DNA from: Lytechinus pictus
Taxonomy: Eukaryota
Direction: 5' to 3'
Assembly: GCF_037042905.1 (NCBI RefSeq)
Contig: NC_087245.1
Coordinates: 31,560,001-31,624,000 of the forward strand
Length of the DNA stretch: 64,000 bases
The translations under genes were made by a program, and so were the position numbers. Positions 13,745 to 28,000 of this stretch are shown here, one piece after another. Position 1 is the stretch's first letter; every line of letters starts with the position of its first letter. Below the pieces are notes generated by a model. It was not told where the DNA came from and ran no database searches. It was given only the letters and a program-made list of their open reading frames with translations.

Positions 13745-16006
13745 GTAATTATAGATTGGTGGTGGTGGTGGTGGTGGTGATGATGATGATGATGATGGTG
13801 ATGATCATGACGGTTATCATGATGAGGGTGATGATGATGGTGGTGATGATGATGGTGATCGGATGATGATGATGGTGGTTATAGTGGTAATAAAAAACAT
13901 TTGTATAAGCGTCATAAGTATAAAAAAAAATATTCAAAGGCTCCATGCTCCCACAGTATACATTTACATTACATTTTACACATCGTTGCTTGAAAAGACA
14001 GGTCTTTAGTTCAGATTGGAAGGTCTCAATATTGTTAAAATTACAAAGTTGGATTGGTTGGAATCATGGGCGGAAATCCCAGGGGGGACGTGTCCCCCCT
14101 ACTCAAAATAGTAGGGGGGACACAATATCAGATTTCCCCCCTACTATTTTTGGTCTTTTATGATGGTAAGTAATACATCATTCAAAATCGAAATAAAACA
14201 TGTGTTTTAGGACGAGATGACCTGACTTTTGGAATGATAACTTTTTTTTTTTGCTTGTCAAATTTATTTTCGTCGAAATGACCTTTAATTTGGGGTGATA
14301 AGCTTTTTTTTTTTTTTTTGCTTGTCAAATTTTCCAGCCCCTTGTCCCCCCTACCTTTTGGGAGAGATTTCCGCCCCTGGTTGGAATGAAGAAATACAAA
14401 CGTATTCATACTTATAACGAAAAATAATTGCTTTACATTTTCTCTAGCTTATCAACATGTAGTATCAAAAAATCGACAAAGGGACCTTCACAACTCTCTT
14501 ACTTTTAAATCGTTTTTATACGTATAAAAGAAAATAATGACAAGCAACGGCAAACAATGTAAAATGCTACAACTACAGTAATAATAATAATCGAAACTGA
14601 ATTTTGGTAACATCATATATCGCCTACTACTAAGTAATTGTGAAACGAGTTATAAATTTTGTTAAATGAGAAATGAGCATATTTGTTTAAAAGTACCGAA
14701 AAGTAATTGTTACATGCACTGATTGAGCATGTTTCGTAAAGCATTTTGGAAACATGGACAAGTCCATATACTCACTTTTTCATAGAATTGAGACATTGTA
14801 TATTTCTTTATTAGTAATAAATCAATATGGGTAAGTGCTTCTAATATAAAATGACATTGATTTTTTAAAAGACATTTAGAGAATTTGATTTAGTTGTTAT
14901 TAGTTTGATTTATTATATGACACCACCTTGTTGATTCACACACAAAAAAGGCACAACTGATAAAAATTGATTTAATCATCAAAAATATACATTTAAACAA
15001 AACATGAAGCCACGTTCTTGCAATGGTATTTTTGTATATTAACATGAAAGTAAGCTTTTACAGTTGTCATAATCCTATTTAATCAAAGATGACACCAAAT
15101 ATCTGACACGATTATCACTCTTTGGTTCTAATGGTTTTATCGTCACACAGGTCCAAGCAAACATCGAAAGTGCAAATTTTAGTAAGGTGATGAGTGAGTA
15201 CGCAAATGCATTCGATCAGACGGGATTTAGCAACGATACCAAGAGACAACTCGATAGCATACGATTTATCGGATCGGCTGCTCTGCCAGACGATGAACTC
15301 AAAGAGGTAAATTTAAAGCAAAACTTGTTATCATTCGAAACAAATTCACGAAGACATTTATTGAGAAAAAAAAAATTCCGTTTAATAGCTGGTAGTTAGA
15401 GGGGGAAGCTCACCTCGACGATAAGTTGGTTTTAATAAAAGAAAAATTGGGAGTGAAGTCAATCCACCAAAGAATAACGGAGTTGTGAATTTTAAAAGTT
15501 GTCGTCACCGACGAACAGCTCCTCCGTATGTCATATGATATGAATGTTATTTACATCACATACGCATAAGAAACAGAGTTCAAGCAAAACCTGCTTGTAG
15601 TATTTCAATACTCCGAACGTTATTTTGATAAAATGAATAATCAAACAATAATTGTCTTTTCCCCTCAGATTTTAACCTTCATGTATGCTCCATTCTAAAA
15701 ATGTTATTAAAAAAACACACAAATAAAACTAAGTATGTAATACCGCGATATCTATTTTCCAACTCGGTCAGTTAAAAAGCTATCCAATCCAGTCAAATGC
15801 GCATAAAGTAAAGTGTGATTCAAATACTTTCAAAAGGATAAAGATTGTATAGAGAAAAAGTCAGTTTACAAAGAACATTTTCCATTCTAGTTGGACCGCT
15901 TTTTTTATTTTTCGGTAATAATGATTTGATTTTCTTCCATGATTCTATTCCCAGCCTCATACAAGCTCTACCTGGTCCAACCTCTTTTTCATTTATTTTT
16001 TGTATG

Positions 16007-16055
<49 letters not shown>

Positions 16056-19000
16056 AACCTATATACACATGTTAGCAGAATATATGAATATGCTAACATG
16101 TGTAGGTTACAATATATACTGTATATATATATATATATTATATATATATTATATAATAACAATATATATTGTAACCTTCACATGTTAGCAGAATGTGTTC
16201 TTGGAATGTATTTATATCATGCTGTGTTAACTGTATCATCAGTGTAAATATGGGCAAATGAAGTGGAAAATCATGAAACAAGTGATTTTAATCGAAATGC
16301 ATTTATTCAAATTTGTATTGTCTTCATTTGAAATCTATATAGCTTCAAGACATTCTGTCTAATATGGAGACTCGCTATTCAACTGGAAAGCCGTGTGATA
16401 TGGATGGAAAATGTTATTCTCTTGAGCCGGGTGAGTGATATATTTTCCCTCATTCTCTCTCATTTTCTTCTATTCATATACTGTTTGTTCCTTGGAGTGA
16501 TTCTCGAGCATATCATATAAAATTACAAACGACCTTACAAATAATTGCGATAGAAGCACTAAATGAGAGCCCTACGTTTTTCTCGATGAAACGAGGCTGT
16601 CGCAAATTTTGTTTTATAATAACAACAAAAACCGCAAAGTTTCCAGTTTGAACCAATGATGGTTGTGAAGAAATCTTCCTTAAACCCCGTTTGAACACCT
16701 TTCTGGTTCTTGGGAAATATTCTGAAGTCCCAAATATTGGATGAGATAGAATTCTTATCAGGACATCTTTTTTTTATACATTATTTAGGCCTATATATTT
16801 CTTCTCATATAAAATGTGATAAATGTATTATAATTCGTAGCAAAATAAGTTCGTCATGATCGGTAAATATTGGTGTTTACACTCTATGTATCAATTTTAT
16901 CCCAAAAGTAATCTGCAAAAAGTCTCCGAAAATAGTACATGTACATAATAACGACTAAACTCAATTCCTCATCCAAATTGAGTTAAACGTGGTATGTTGT
17001 TACTTGTGTGTAATTTATATCCCGGAATTCCATCCAAAAGTACGGGCAAATGAATGAAAGTTACCAAAATCCTCCCTGGATATACACAAAAACCATTCCT
17101 GATTTACTCAAAATGGACTTTGGGCGTTCTTATTGACTGATTGATACAGAATTAATTTCATTTCAAATTTTCAACTATGCAATTACAAAGTAAGGCGAAA
17201 GATAATAATTAAATAAAATTACATGTATAGCATCCCTGGTAGCTTGGAAGCTCCTGAAAGTTCAGTTCACCTTGTCCCTAGCTTGAATAAATGAAAAAGT
17301 GACATATAAATAAATACAAAATTAGAAATATAGGCCTACTCATATGACAGAAATGCAAATTTATATTTATACATGTAGTATATCATTTATTTACACTTTT
17401 TATAGATCTCACCCGGATAATGGCTACATCACATGATTACTACGAGTTATATTGGGCCTGGAATGCATGGCGTGCCGAGGTCGGGGCACCTGCCCGAGAG
17501 GATTACAAGAGATACGTCGAGCTGAAAAATCAAGCTGCGGTAGCAAACGGTAAGGGGTATATCAGTCAGGGGCATATCCGAAGGGAAGGGGGCGGGGCGC
17601 ATTCTCTTCAGGAAAAATAGGATTAATAACAGATAACAATACATACGTGTGTGTTATGTGTTTGTTGGAGGCCCTCCCCTTGGCGTCGATGGGCAGGTTG
17701 GATTTGATTGGAGCATGGACCTACTTTGGAGTGATGACCCTTATTTAAATTTTCCTTTGGGGCTGCTTTTTGAAGAAAATTGGTGGGAATGTGAAAAATG
17801 TGGTGACCCCTAAACACTTTTCCCTTTTCTTCGTGTCATGTTTTTTTAAAGAAAAAGTTGGGCTCCATGCTGATCAATCCTGGATCCACCGTTGAGGGGA
17901 ATAGAAAGAAATGGGGAGGAAAGGAGGAGGGAGAACAATACAGAGAGAGAGAGAGGTAGTCGGGGAAAAGAGAAAAGGGAGAGAGTGGATGACAGAGTGT
18001 GATAGAAGAGAGAGAGAGAGAGAAGAAAAAAGAAAGGGAGGAGGGGGAGAGAGATGTCATATATGGGATAGAGAGCAGTATAGTTTAAAATAACTTTTAC
18101 GAGTAATAGCCTCGGCCCTTCCATTAAAATATGTCAATTCATTCAAAATAGATATTACTTGTCAATAAGATATGACTCGACACTTCCTTATTCTTTTGTT
18201 TCAACTACATTGGTGTGTTTTTATTCATGATTATTACTGCCACAAAATTTTATTTCATGATTTATGATGCATGGGAGAAGTAAACAAAAAACGATCAAAG
18301 CTCATAACACCCTTAGTAATATGCTCATAAATAATAAAGTACATACATTTGCTCGTCATAACTCGACTCTAATCATTTTGGTATTTATATTGTTCTCTTT
18401 CCGTTTCCAATCATCATTTTAAGGATGTTGATGAAGACCAGACACTAGATTGTTCTAAAAGAGATAAAGAATTAATGAAAACGGGATCAGAGTAAGGTCA
18501 ATCAAATGAAAACTTGTATTAAAGTTCATCCGATTGACTAGTTTATTCTAACAAGAAGATGATATAATAATGATAATGATATCAACGAAATGATATTTGT
18601 ATAGGTTCGATTAATTACACTACAACATGTCTTTAGATTTCTCTTAAACGATTCCAATAATAATTAGACAAGCATACATAGCACTGCTGCACTGGAAGTT
18701 TCATAAAAATCGGATGTAAATAAGAAAGTCATGGCTTCTAAAAATTTTGCTTATTTTGATAATACTGTTGAATATATATCATAGTATGGAAATCTAGGAG
18801 CAGACTAAATTATTCTCCATTTCATCATATTGAATATACATGTAAATTATTTCAAATTGGTTATTAGATTTTAATGATGTATTAATGATATAAGTGATGA
18901 TAAAACAATAAATCATAAAAATACAAAGTTAGTTTTTTTCATTAAGAGGCAAACCGAATCAAAACAAGTTTTTCATCATGGGATGAAAGAATTTGACTAA

Positions 19001-22000
19001 TTCATTTGATAAAATCGGGATTTTAAAAATCGAAAATCTTTAAATAAAATACAAAATAAATTACGAGTTTGTGACCATTTGGGACATCATTTGTTCCCAT
19101 TTTGTTTCCCGCCCGTGATTTTCATCTCTTGATAAGTAGACCTTCTAAAGAATCATATTTGTTAGCTTTCATATTTTCCAACCAAGGCAATAAACTCTTC
19201 AGTGTTTGAATTGTTAGATTTTTCCCTTTAGTTTGACAAACAAATTACATTTTTGGGGATGGACTCCCGTGGTTGACTTGGTCTATAACAGGTTCTTGAA
19301 TTAATACATATTCTATTTTTTTTAAATATATACTAAAGGTCATTTCCCCTCCTTTTCGTTGCAAATTCTTGCAACATCCTGTTGGGAAGGTAAATTTGTC
19401 AAACCAACAATCTTTTGTTCGTTAGTTTGATTTGTATCCAAAATCCAGTGACGCCCCTTAACAGTTTGTATAATGATCGTGATTGTATCATAAAAAGGCT
19501 AATAATGACAGTTATACGAAGCGGAAGGCGAGATTTTATAAAGATGTATTGACTATAGCATAATATTATATTAAAAAGTGTGTGATTGAACTCGAACCGA
19601 GCTCTCTCCCGACAGATATTTTATTCTATACAAGCATTATGAGTGTGTTTTTTCAAACTATGCATATGTTGGTGGACCTAGAGTCTTTTATTATTGGTAC
19701 AAAAAAAGAGAAGGATAATACCCACAGAGAATATCATGGGAGGTATTATAGTTATTTAGGTCTCAGCTGGGCGGTGTTGAGGAAGGGGTGGGGGCAAAAT
19801 TACCTAAAGATGACGTCATGTCTTTTAAATTTCAATTGCAGGTGTATTGTAGGTTCACACGACCCATGCCTCTCCTGATTGTATTTTTCTTCTTTATTAT
19901 TTACTTCATCCCCTCCCTCTCTGTCTCTCTCTCTCTATTTATCCCTTATTCACAACTTGGAAAAAAAATAATAATATGGGGGCGATCACCACTGCCCCTG
20001 TGACATAATCCTGTTACATGTTAAAGGGAAAGTCTTCCCTAATTTAAGGATTTTACTAAAAATTCCGAAAATGAAATAAACATCAGTTAATGTTTGACGA
20101 GAATCCATAAAACTGAAAAAGGTTATGAATTTTTAAAGTTTGATAATACTTGGTTCTTTTATAGCGCATCACACATATCAGATTGTATGTCCCTATGCGC
20201 TAAAAGTATAGGAAAAGTATAAAGTAAGAAAAAAAAGCTCAGTATTACTTGTACAAAAAAATCAGTATTGGACACTGAGTTCTCTGGCAAAGTGTTGAAT
20301 AAGTATCTCATAAGATAAACTTTGAACTAAGTTACTTTGGTATCTCATGGAATCAGGTGCAGGTACCCCATGTGATCTGATGTTGCCCTTTTTTCTGAGC
20401 TACAAAACATTCTGCCTCTTCTATGAAGTCTGCATAAATCCTTGAAAGATTCAAATTCTGGTTTCATATTCTTTAATTTGAGAGACAGAATAAAATAATT
20501 ACACACTTTGTTGTTGACTAGCAATCAATATTTTCGGTTATACTATTTTTATCATCAAATATAAGAAACCAATTCTAGAGATCGATTTGAATCATATATT
20601 TCTATCTTTTTATTTCATTTTCTCAGACAAACCGGATGCAGGGGCGTACTGGAGATCTTATTACGAAGTGGACAATCTGCCAGAGATCGCAGAGAAGCTA
20701 TACGATGAGCTGAAACCCCTGTATGAGGAGCTTCATGCCTATGTGAGGAGAAAGCTGTACAACCGATACGGCTGTGATTACATCAACCTACGAGGACCTA
20801 TCCCAGCACACATCTTAGGTTATTATTTGGATATCATTATCACTGGCTTGGGCCACGAATCCCCCAAATTTTAACAGCCTAGGAAAAAGGGAGGGGAAAA
20901 AACGAAAAGGGGTGAAATATAATATCCTTTTTTTTCAATGTTAAAATCTATCGTAATTTATTTTTGTATGAAAAAGGCGAAATATTTGCTCGCTCGTTTC
21001 GCTCGCCGCAGCTTTTCAGAATTTGACTCATATGCCATGTCTGCCCCCCTCATTTTGGCTCATTGCGCGACTTGGTAATTCTAATAATTTTTATGACCAA
21101 CATTACCAAATTCACTTTAAACTTTTTTAAACAACTTGTTTAACACATTAAATAACTTGTTTAACAATATAAGCAATAGTTAAAGAGTGACGGGCTTAAA
21201 ATGAAAAACATTGTTTTCAACTTTTTACAGTGTAAAAGGGAAGAAATATGGCTTCAAGAATTTAGGGAGCAAGCAACTTGATTCTATACAATCAATGATA
21301 AAATAGTGTTTTTTCAGACTTATATCCTGAGATAATTTTAACATTTCAAAGATTACATGACAATAGTAGAACCGCTTTATACAACTTTAAATCTACAATG
21401 TTGAAAAATTGCATTCTACTTTGTAATGAAGTTAGAAAGACTACCCATGAAATTAACAGTATGCACCACAAACTTGTTTTATATAAATAACAGGCATAAT
21501 AAAACGAACATTTGGTGAAAATGGATTCCTTATTGGTTGCCAAAAATAGAATACATCCGGGTCACGGGATTGAAACGAAATATATGAACAAGATCATATT
21601 CATCAGAATTAAAAGCTCCATTGTTTTGCCCCCCCCCCCTCTCTCTCTTTATCTACCTTTCGCTATTTTACACTTTCAACAGGTAATATGTGGGCTCAGT
21701 CATGGATCAACATTTACGACATATGCGAACCGTTCCCTGGAAAACAAGCAGTCGATATTACCCCAGCCCTCGTCGAACAGGTAAATCACAGATAAATTGA
21801 TTCATTAGTCAAACAAATGAAGTTATTTTACGTTTTCCTTAGAAGCGTCGGGGAGCATTTCATGAATGGACTTGTCGGACGTTTTATCCGACAAGTCCTG
21901 TTTTATCCGACAGTTACCATAGTAACAGTGCCTCTCAGCCAATCAGAGTCAAGGAAACTTGTCAGATCTGACAACTTGTCAGACAAAAATGTTTATGAAA

Positions 22001-25000
22001 CACTCCCTGGTCTTGTTATTCTGAGTTTCGTCTTTCAATCAGAGGGTCGTGGGTTCGAATCCATGCCACAGTGTTCCTTCAGCAATAACTCGTCAACATT
22101 ATATTCAGTTGTATTCAATGTGTACCTGACAGGAATACTCGTTCCTTTAAAAAATGCTTGTGCGTTGGGATATATTAGGCTTATTATGATTGTCATGATG
22201 ATTGGTATCAATACTGCTTTTATCACCAGTTCACCAACACTAACATCATCATCACCATCACCAACACCGCCGCCACCACCACCACCACCACCATCATCAT
22301 CCTCATTGTCATCATCATCATCATCATCATCATCAATTATCATCATCATCATCATCTCCATCATCAACATCATCATCAACACCACTATCATCATTACAAT
22401 TATTTGTACAATAATAAAGCGTGAATGATTTGATAAGGTAAACTAAATTCCTCCTCATTCTTGTGCTATAGGCTCCCGGGATAGGCTCTATGTCATTATT
22501 TCAACTATGTCCATTATTAATTTTGTAAAGTGGCCTTATCTTGACAATAATACAATAGTGACAATTTTTTATCATTCATGTGTACTAATTTGTATTGTTT
22601 TGTTCGTTTACGCGCGATTTCTCTGATAAAAAAAACATTGGCTGATCTACAATGATCAAAGGTAATTTTACCATGGTTGAATCAAAATTATTTTCGATGT
22701 ATTTCTCTTATTTAGGGCTATGATGCTTTGCAGATGTTCGAACTCTCGGATGAGTTTTTCAAATCGCTCGGTCTGATCAAGATGCCTCAAGAATTCTGGA
22801 ATCATTCCATGATTGAGAAACCAGATGATGGTAGGGATGTAGTATGTCACGCATCGGCCTGGGACTTCCTCAATCAAGTGGACTTCAGGTGAAGACAAAC
22901 TGAGATAACTTTGGGAATTTAGGCCACTGGCATACAGATAGAGGGGCGCTTGGGGGCTCTGACCCCTTTCCAAAGTTCCATCCCACCTCCCCCCCCCAAA
23001 AAAAAAAAGAAAAGGATGAAATGATTGAGTAAGAAAAAAAGGTGAAACATGATATTGTTTGTTTAAATATTGTGTCAAAATCTATCACTAATAAAATTTA
23101 TTACATTTTCATCAGTATTAAAATACCAACATTTTCACTCGCTCGCGATTTTTGAAAATTTTCTCCACATACACTACTAGTATGTTGTACTGTGCCCCCT
23201 CGAAATTTTTGTGGCTCGTTACGCCACGGATATAGGCCTACAATCAAGTAAGAAAAAAATGGAACATGGTATAAACGCAGAGGATGTTTGATTAATCTTT
23301 TTTTCTCCCCTCCATGTGGGGAAGGGGAAAACCTCTGTTTATCTCAAAGTTGGACATTGAACACTGCACAGGAGGGTATCTTGATTATCAGACCTACATC
23401 ATGTACCATTTTAGAAACACATGACCAGTCTTATGATTGATTTTAACTGCAAGTATCGCAAACTGTACATTGCATTGTTAAAATATGATATTGTATTACT
23501 ATGGCATATAGGAGTTTATCAGTCCATAATTAGAGTCTTATCTTAAGGCGGAATTTGAGGACTTTGGTTCTTTCGTAATCCTGTAATCTTAGAGAGCTAT
23601 ACACAAAACATAAAGAATTTTTGATTCATTTTGCGTTATATAAATATAATTTCATAATTATTCATTATAATTTTCATTATTATCATCAGCATCATCATCA
23701 CCACCATCGTCATCATGATCATTAAATTGTTACCTTCATCAACATCATCATTAAATTGTTACCTTCATCAACATCATCATCATTATCATCACATCATCAC
23801 CATCAACATTATCATCATCATCGTCGTCGTCATCACCACCACCATCATCATCATCCTTATGGTCATCATCATCACCATCGTCATCATCATCCTCATCACC
23901 ACCATCACCACCACCATCTTCATCATCATCATCATCATTATCATTATATATGAGAATTCTATGATATCCTTCATTATGATGCAGAATCAAGCAATGTACT
24001 GACATCACCATGGATGACTTCATCACGATCCACCATGAGATGGGACACATCGAGTATTACCTTCAGTACAAGGATCTACCCGTGGTATACAGGGGCGGAG
24101 CCAACCCAGGATTCCACGAGGCAGTGGGCGACGTCCTCGCTTTGTCTGTATCTACACCAAAACATCTGCAACAAGTCGGGTTGATTGATGAAGTGGTGGA
24201 TGATGACGGTATTAAAACTTGTATTTCTTTGTTTTTTTTCTTTCATCATGAAAACCACCACCACAACCATCGTCATTATCATCATCACCACCACAACTAT
24301 CACGATCGTCGTCGTCATCATCATCACCATCACCATCAACGACAATTCTCTGATATCCTAATGATACAGAATCAAGCAATGTACTGACATCACCATGGAT
24401 GACTTCATCACCATCCACCACGAAATGGGACACGTCGAGTATTTCCTCCAGTACAAGGATCTACCTGTGGTATACAGGGGCGGAGCCAACCCAGGATTCC
24501 ACGAAGCAGTGGGCGACGTCCTCGCTTTGTCGGTATCGACACCCAAGCATCTGCAACAAGTCGGGTTGATTGATGAAGTGGTAGATGATGACGGTATTAA
24601 TATTTTTCCGTTGTCTTCTTTTCACACATATTATAGCTGTAGCAATAAATTCCGATGAGTAATGTGAATCTTTGTTTACCCGTGAGCAAAAGTTTGTATC
24701 TATTGTCTATTGTCATAAATCATTGTTTTCTGGTCGAATGATTGAGCAATAATGAAAAAATGTTAAGCATAAAGGGACTTATTAGTACATTACATTGTAT
24801 TACATTTTTACTCATCTTCTTCTTTGATCTGACCGACACAGAGGCTGATTTGAATTTCCTAATGAGTATGGCTTTGGATAAGATATCCTTCCTACCATTC
24901 GGTTACCTGATGGACCAATACAGATGGGGAGTGTTCAACGGATCTACCACCGAAGATCACTATAACGAGGACTGGTGGAAACTAAGGTATTGTTTTAATT

Positions 25001-28000
25001 CTCGAAGATTCAGGCATCAAAATGTACGGAAGTTTTAAAGTGCTATCGACGTGAAGAGATGATGAGGTATCTTGTCAAAGTTTTATATCGACTTGGCGAG
25101 ATGCACGACCTCACCACGTCGACTTATAAAGAGTTGTATGTCAACACGGCGAGAGATGCGATTGACGTATCTCGCCAAGTCAGCATAAATAAGACCTTTT
25201 TATGTCGACACATCTCTTCATATCATCAAGTTGGTGGAACTTTAAACTTTAAAGGTTCAGTACAATGGAGATTCGTATTGAGACTTGATTTCATAAACTT
25301 ATAAAGTTTGTTGTATATTGAAATGCATATGTCTTTTGTTCTCTTTACTCAGATATGTCGGGAGATCTCTTTTATTTTTAATGTTTTTTCTTCTTCAAGT
25401 TATTCCTTTGTTTTTGATGATTTGAATGTCAATTAAAGCGACTAATTACTATAATTAGTTTGAAGTGAACATCATTATTTTCCATTTACTTTAGACTCCG
25501 GTACCAAGGTATCATACCGCCGACACCAAGGAGTGAAGAAAATTTTGATCCAGGGGCAAAGTACCACATCCCAGCAGACGTGCCGTATATCAGGTATGGA
25601 TGCAGGCTATGTTACAGTGGAAAAAAAAACTCCGTCCCTCGGACAGGACGTTAAATGGAGGCCCCGTGTAGAGGAGAATCACCACATTTGTACGTTAAGA
25701 ATCCACTGTACTATTCGTATAAGAGTACGGGGAAACCCCGGGGGGGGGGCCGGGGAACCCCGGTGTATAGTCACTGTGGTCCACCTGCACCCCCCATCAG
25801 TTATCTCGGGAGGAGAGACCTGCGGTTCATAGTGATTCAGTTCGCTTTTCGCCTCCCATGCACAGATGACGCCAAACAATCAAACAAACAACAACAATAC
25901 TACTACTATTACTACTACTACTACTCATGATAATAATAATGATAACAACAATAATAATAATAATAATAACAATAATATTTATAGGAGTTTTCTTCCTGAA
26001 ATCATACAGATACCATAAACATTTTTAACAATGAAATAATGTATTAGAGCATGACAGTCATGTATACATAAGACTGTTATATATAACTTAACACATATTG
26101 TTATTCTTTCCTTAGTTGATTAATCTTCCATACATTCCTTAATTTCCGTTTGTTTATAGAATATTGATTACCTTTCATCGGGTGCCTGTTTCGTTAACCC
26201 GTACCATTCTTTATCATTCTAAATAATCTGCAGATATTTCATCAGTTTTGTCCTGCAATTCCAATTCCACGAAGCCCTTTGCCAAGCCGCTGGTCAATAC
26301 GGTAATGCTGGTGACGAACCTCTATATAAATGCGATATATACCAATCACAAGAAGCCGGTCAATTGCTTGCGTGAGTATCTTTGTAATGATATTAAGGAG
26401 TTGGAGGTGCCGTGACCTAGTGGTCTAAAGGCGACCGCACACCTTACGATTGGTCTGCGACCCGATTTCAGAATAAAACGTATATAATTTGATGCTAATA
26501 TTGAGACTTGGAATATCTTACTGTGTAATGTTCAAAATCATCAAACGAATACCTATGTTCAAATCTGTGACTATGCTCTCATCCTTCTTAGAATAAAAGC
26601 AAACTTAATATCTAGTCGTAATGAAGTCATAGCAGTCGTACGATTGGCTACGATTTGAAACTAATTTGGCCTTTACTCCAAAATAAAGGCTTGCAATCTT
26701 TCAAAATGGTTATATTAGTATCCTTTCAATTAATATTAACCTCAAATAAAATGATATGTTCCATTCACATTTTCAGAAAATTAGAAAAATGCAATTTGTT
26801 CCAAAATCGGATCGCAAACAGTCGTAAGGTGTGCGGTGGCCTTAAGGCGCTTGACTCGATGCATAAAAGTCCGGGGTTCGATCCCCCGGCAAAGATACTT
26901 ATACCCGTGAGCACGAGCATTTTATCTACTGTGTTCTTTTTATCCTAGATTAAAATAATGGAAATGTCATATTGTTATTAGTGGTAACTATGTGTGTGTA
27001 CTTGTTTAAAAAATAAGTTGATAACTGTTACTCTTGATAAATATCTATTTTTATTATTTTCCAATGCCCCTTCTGAAGTCTAGGGGCCGTTTCATGAAAG
27101 TTGTCAGCACTGACAAGTTGTCTTTCTCCGACAGTTACCATAGTAACAGTCAGAGGCCAGTGCCTCTCAGCCAATCAAAACCTAGGATTTCACTGAGATT
27201 GTCAGCACGGACAATTTAGTCAGTGCTGACAACTTTCATGAAACACCCACCGGTGTAACATAGACCTTAGTCAATCTGCTAAAATTCTAGGAAGCTGAAA
27301 AGTGTCGAAATTTTGTTTGCATTGTATGTTCCTTATGTTTGGATTGTTTCCTCGTGCTCTAATTGTAGAGAATTTTTTTTGGGGGGTATTATTCCCAGAC
27401 ATTATATGCAATTAATTTGAGTGTAAATTGGTCAGATTATTTTACTGGGTTCAATTTAGTCTGGTCTACAGTTGTGGTTAAATTCTTTAAAGCACAACCG
27501 TAGACTAGGGGACCGTTTCATGAAATGAGTTGTCGGACGTTTTATCCAACAGTTACCATAGTAACATTTCTTCTCAGCCAATAAGAATCAAGGAAATTTG
27601 TCAGATATAACAAATCGTCGGATGGAAATGTTAATGAAACGCTCCCCATAGATTATTGAACCCAGTTCAGAAAACGGGCCAATAATATTTATGTTTCTTT
27701 TTTCCCCCACTTCAATATTCATTACTGACCTCTTAACTACAAATTATCTTAAGTTTGGATGTGATGAAAAGGAATATTCGATTTAGTTACTTTTATTCTC
27801 ACTTTCACAGTTCAAAATATAAATGATAAGATTATAATCAATATGCTGTGATTATATTCATTAGCGTGATAACGTGTCCCGTCATCTCGACAAGTCAATT
27901 GTAAAGCTTTTAAGAAAGATAATCCAGTATTCTTTTATCATTATTTTAGTGACATGCTGAAGATGGGATCGAGCAGGCCGTGGCCAGAGGCTCTAAAAGC

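Noticed and set aside
23715..24050. Poly-His/Ile/Asp/Met ORFs (also 21817-22428, 50224-50679, 60987-61196, 62355-62571)
   Set aside because: Translations of trinucleotide microsatellites in introns or intergenic DNA
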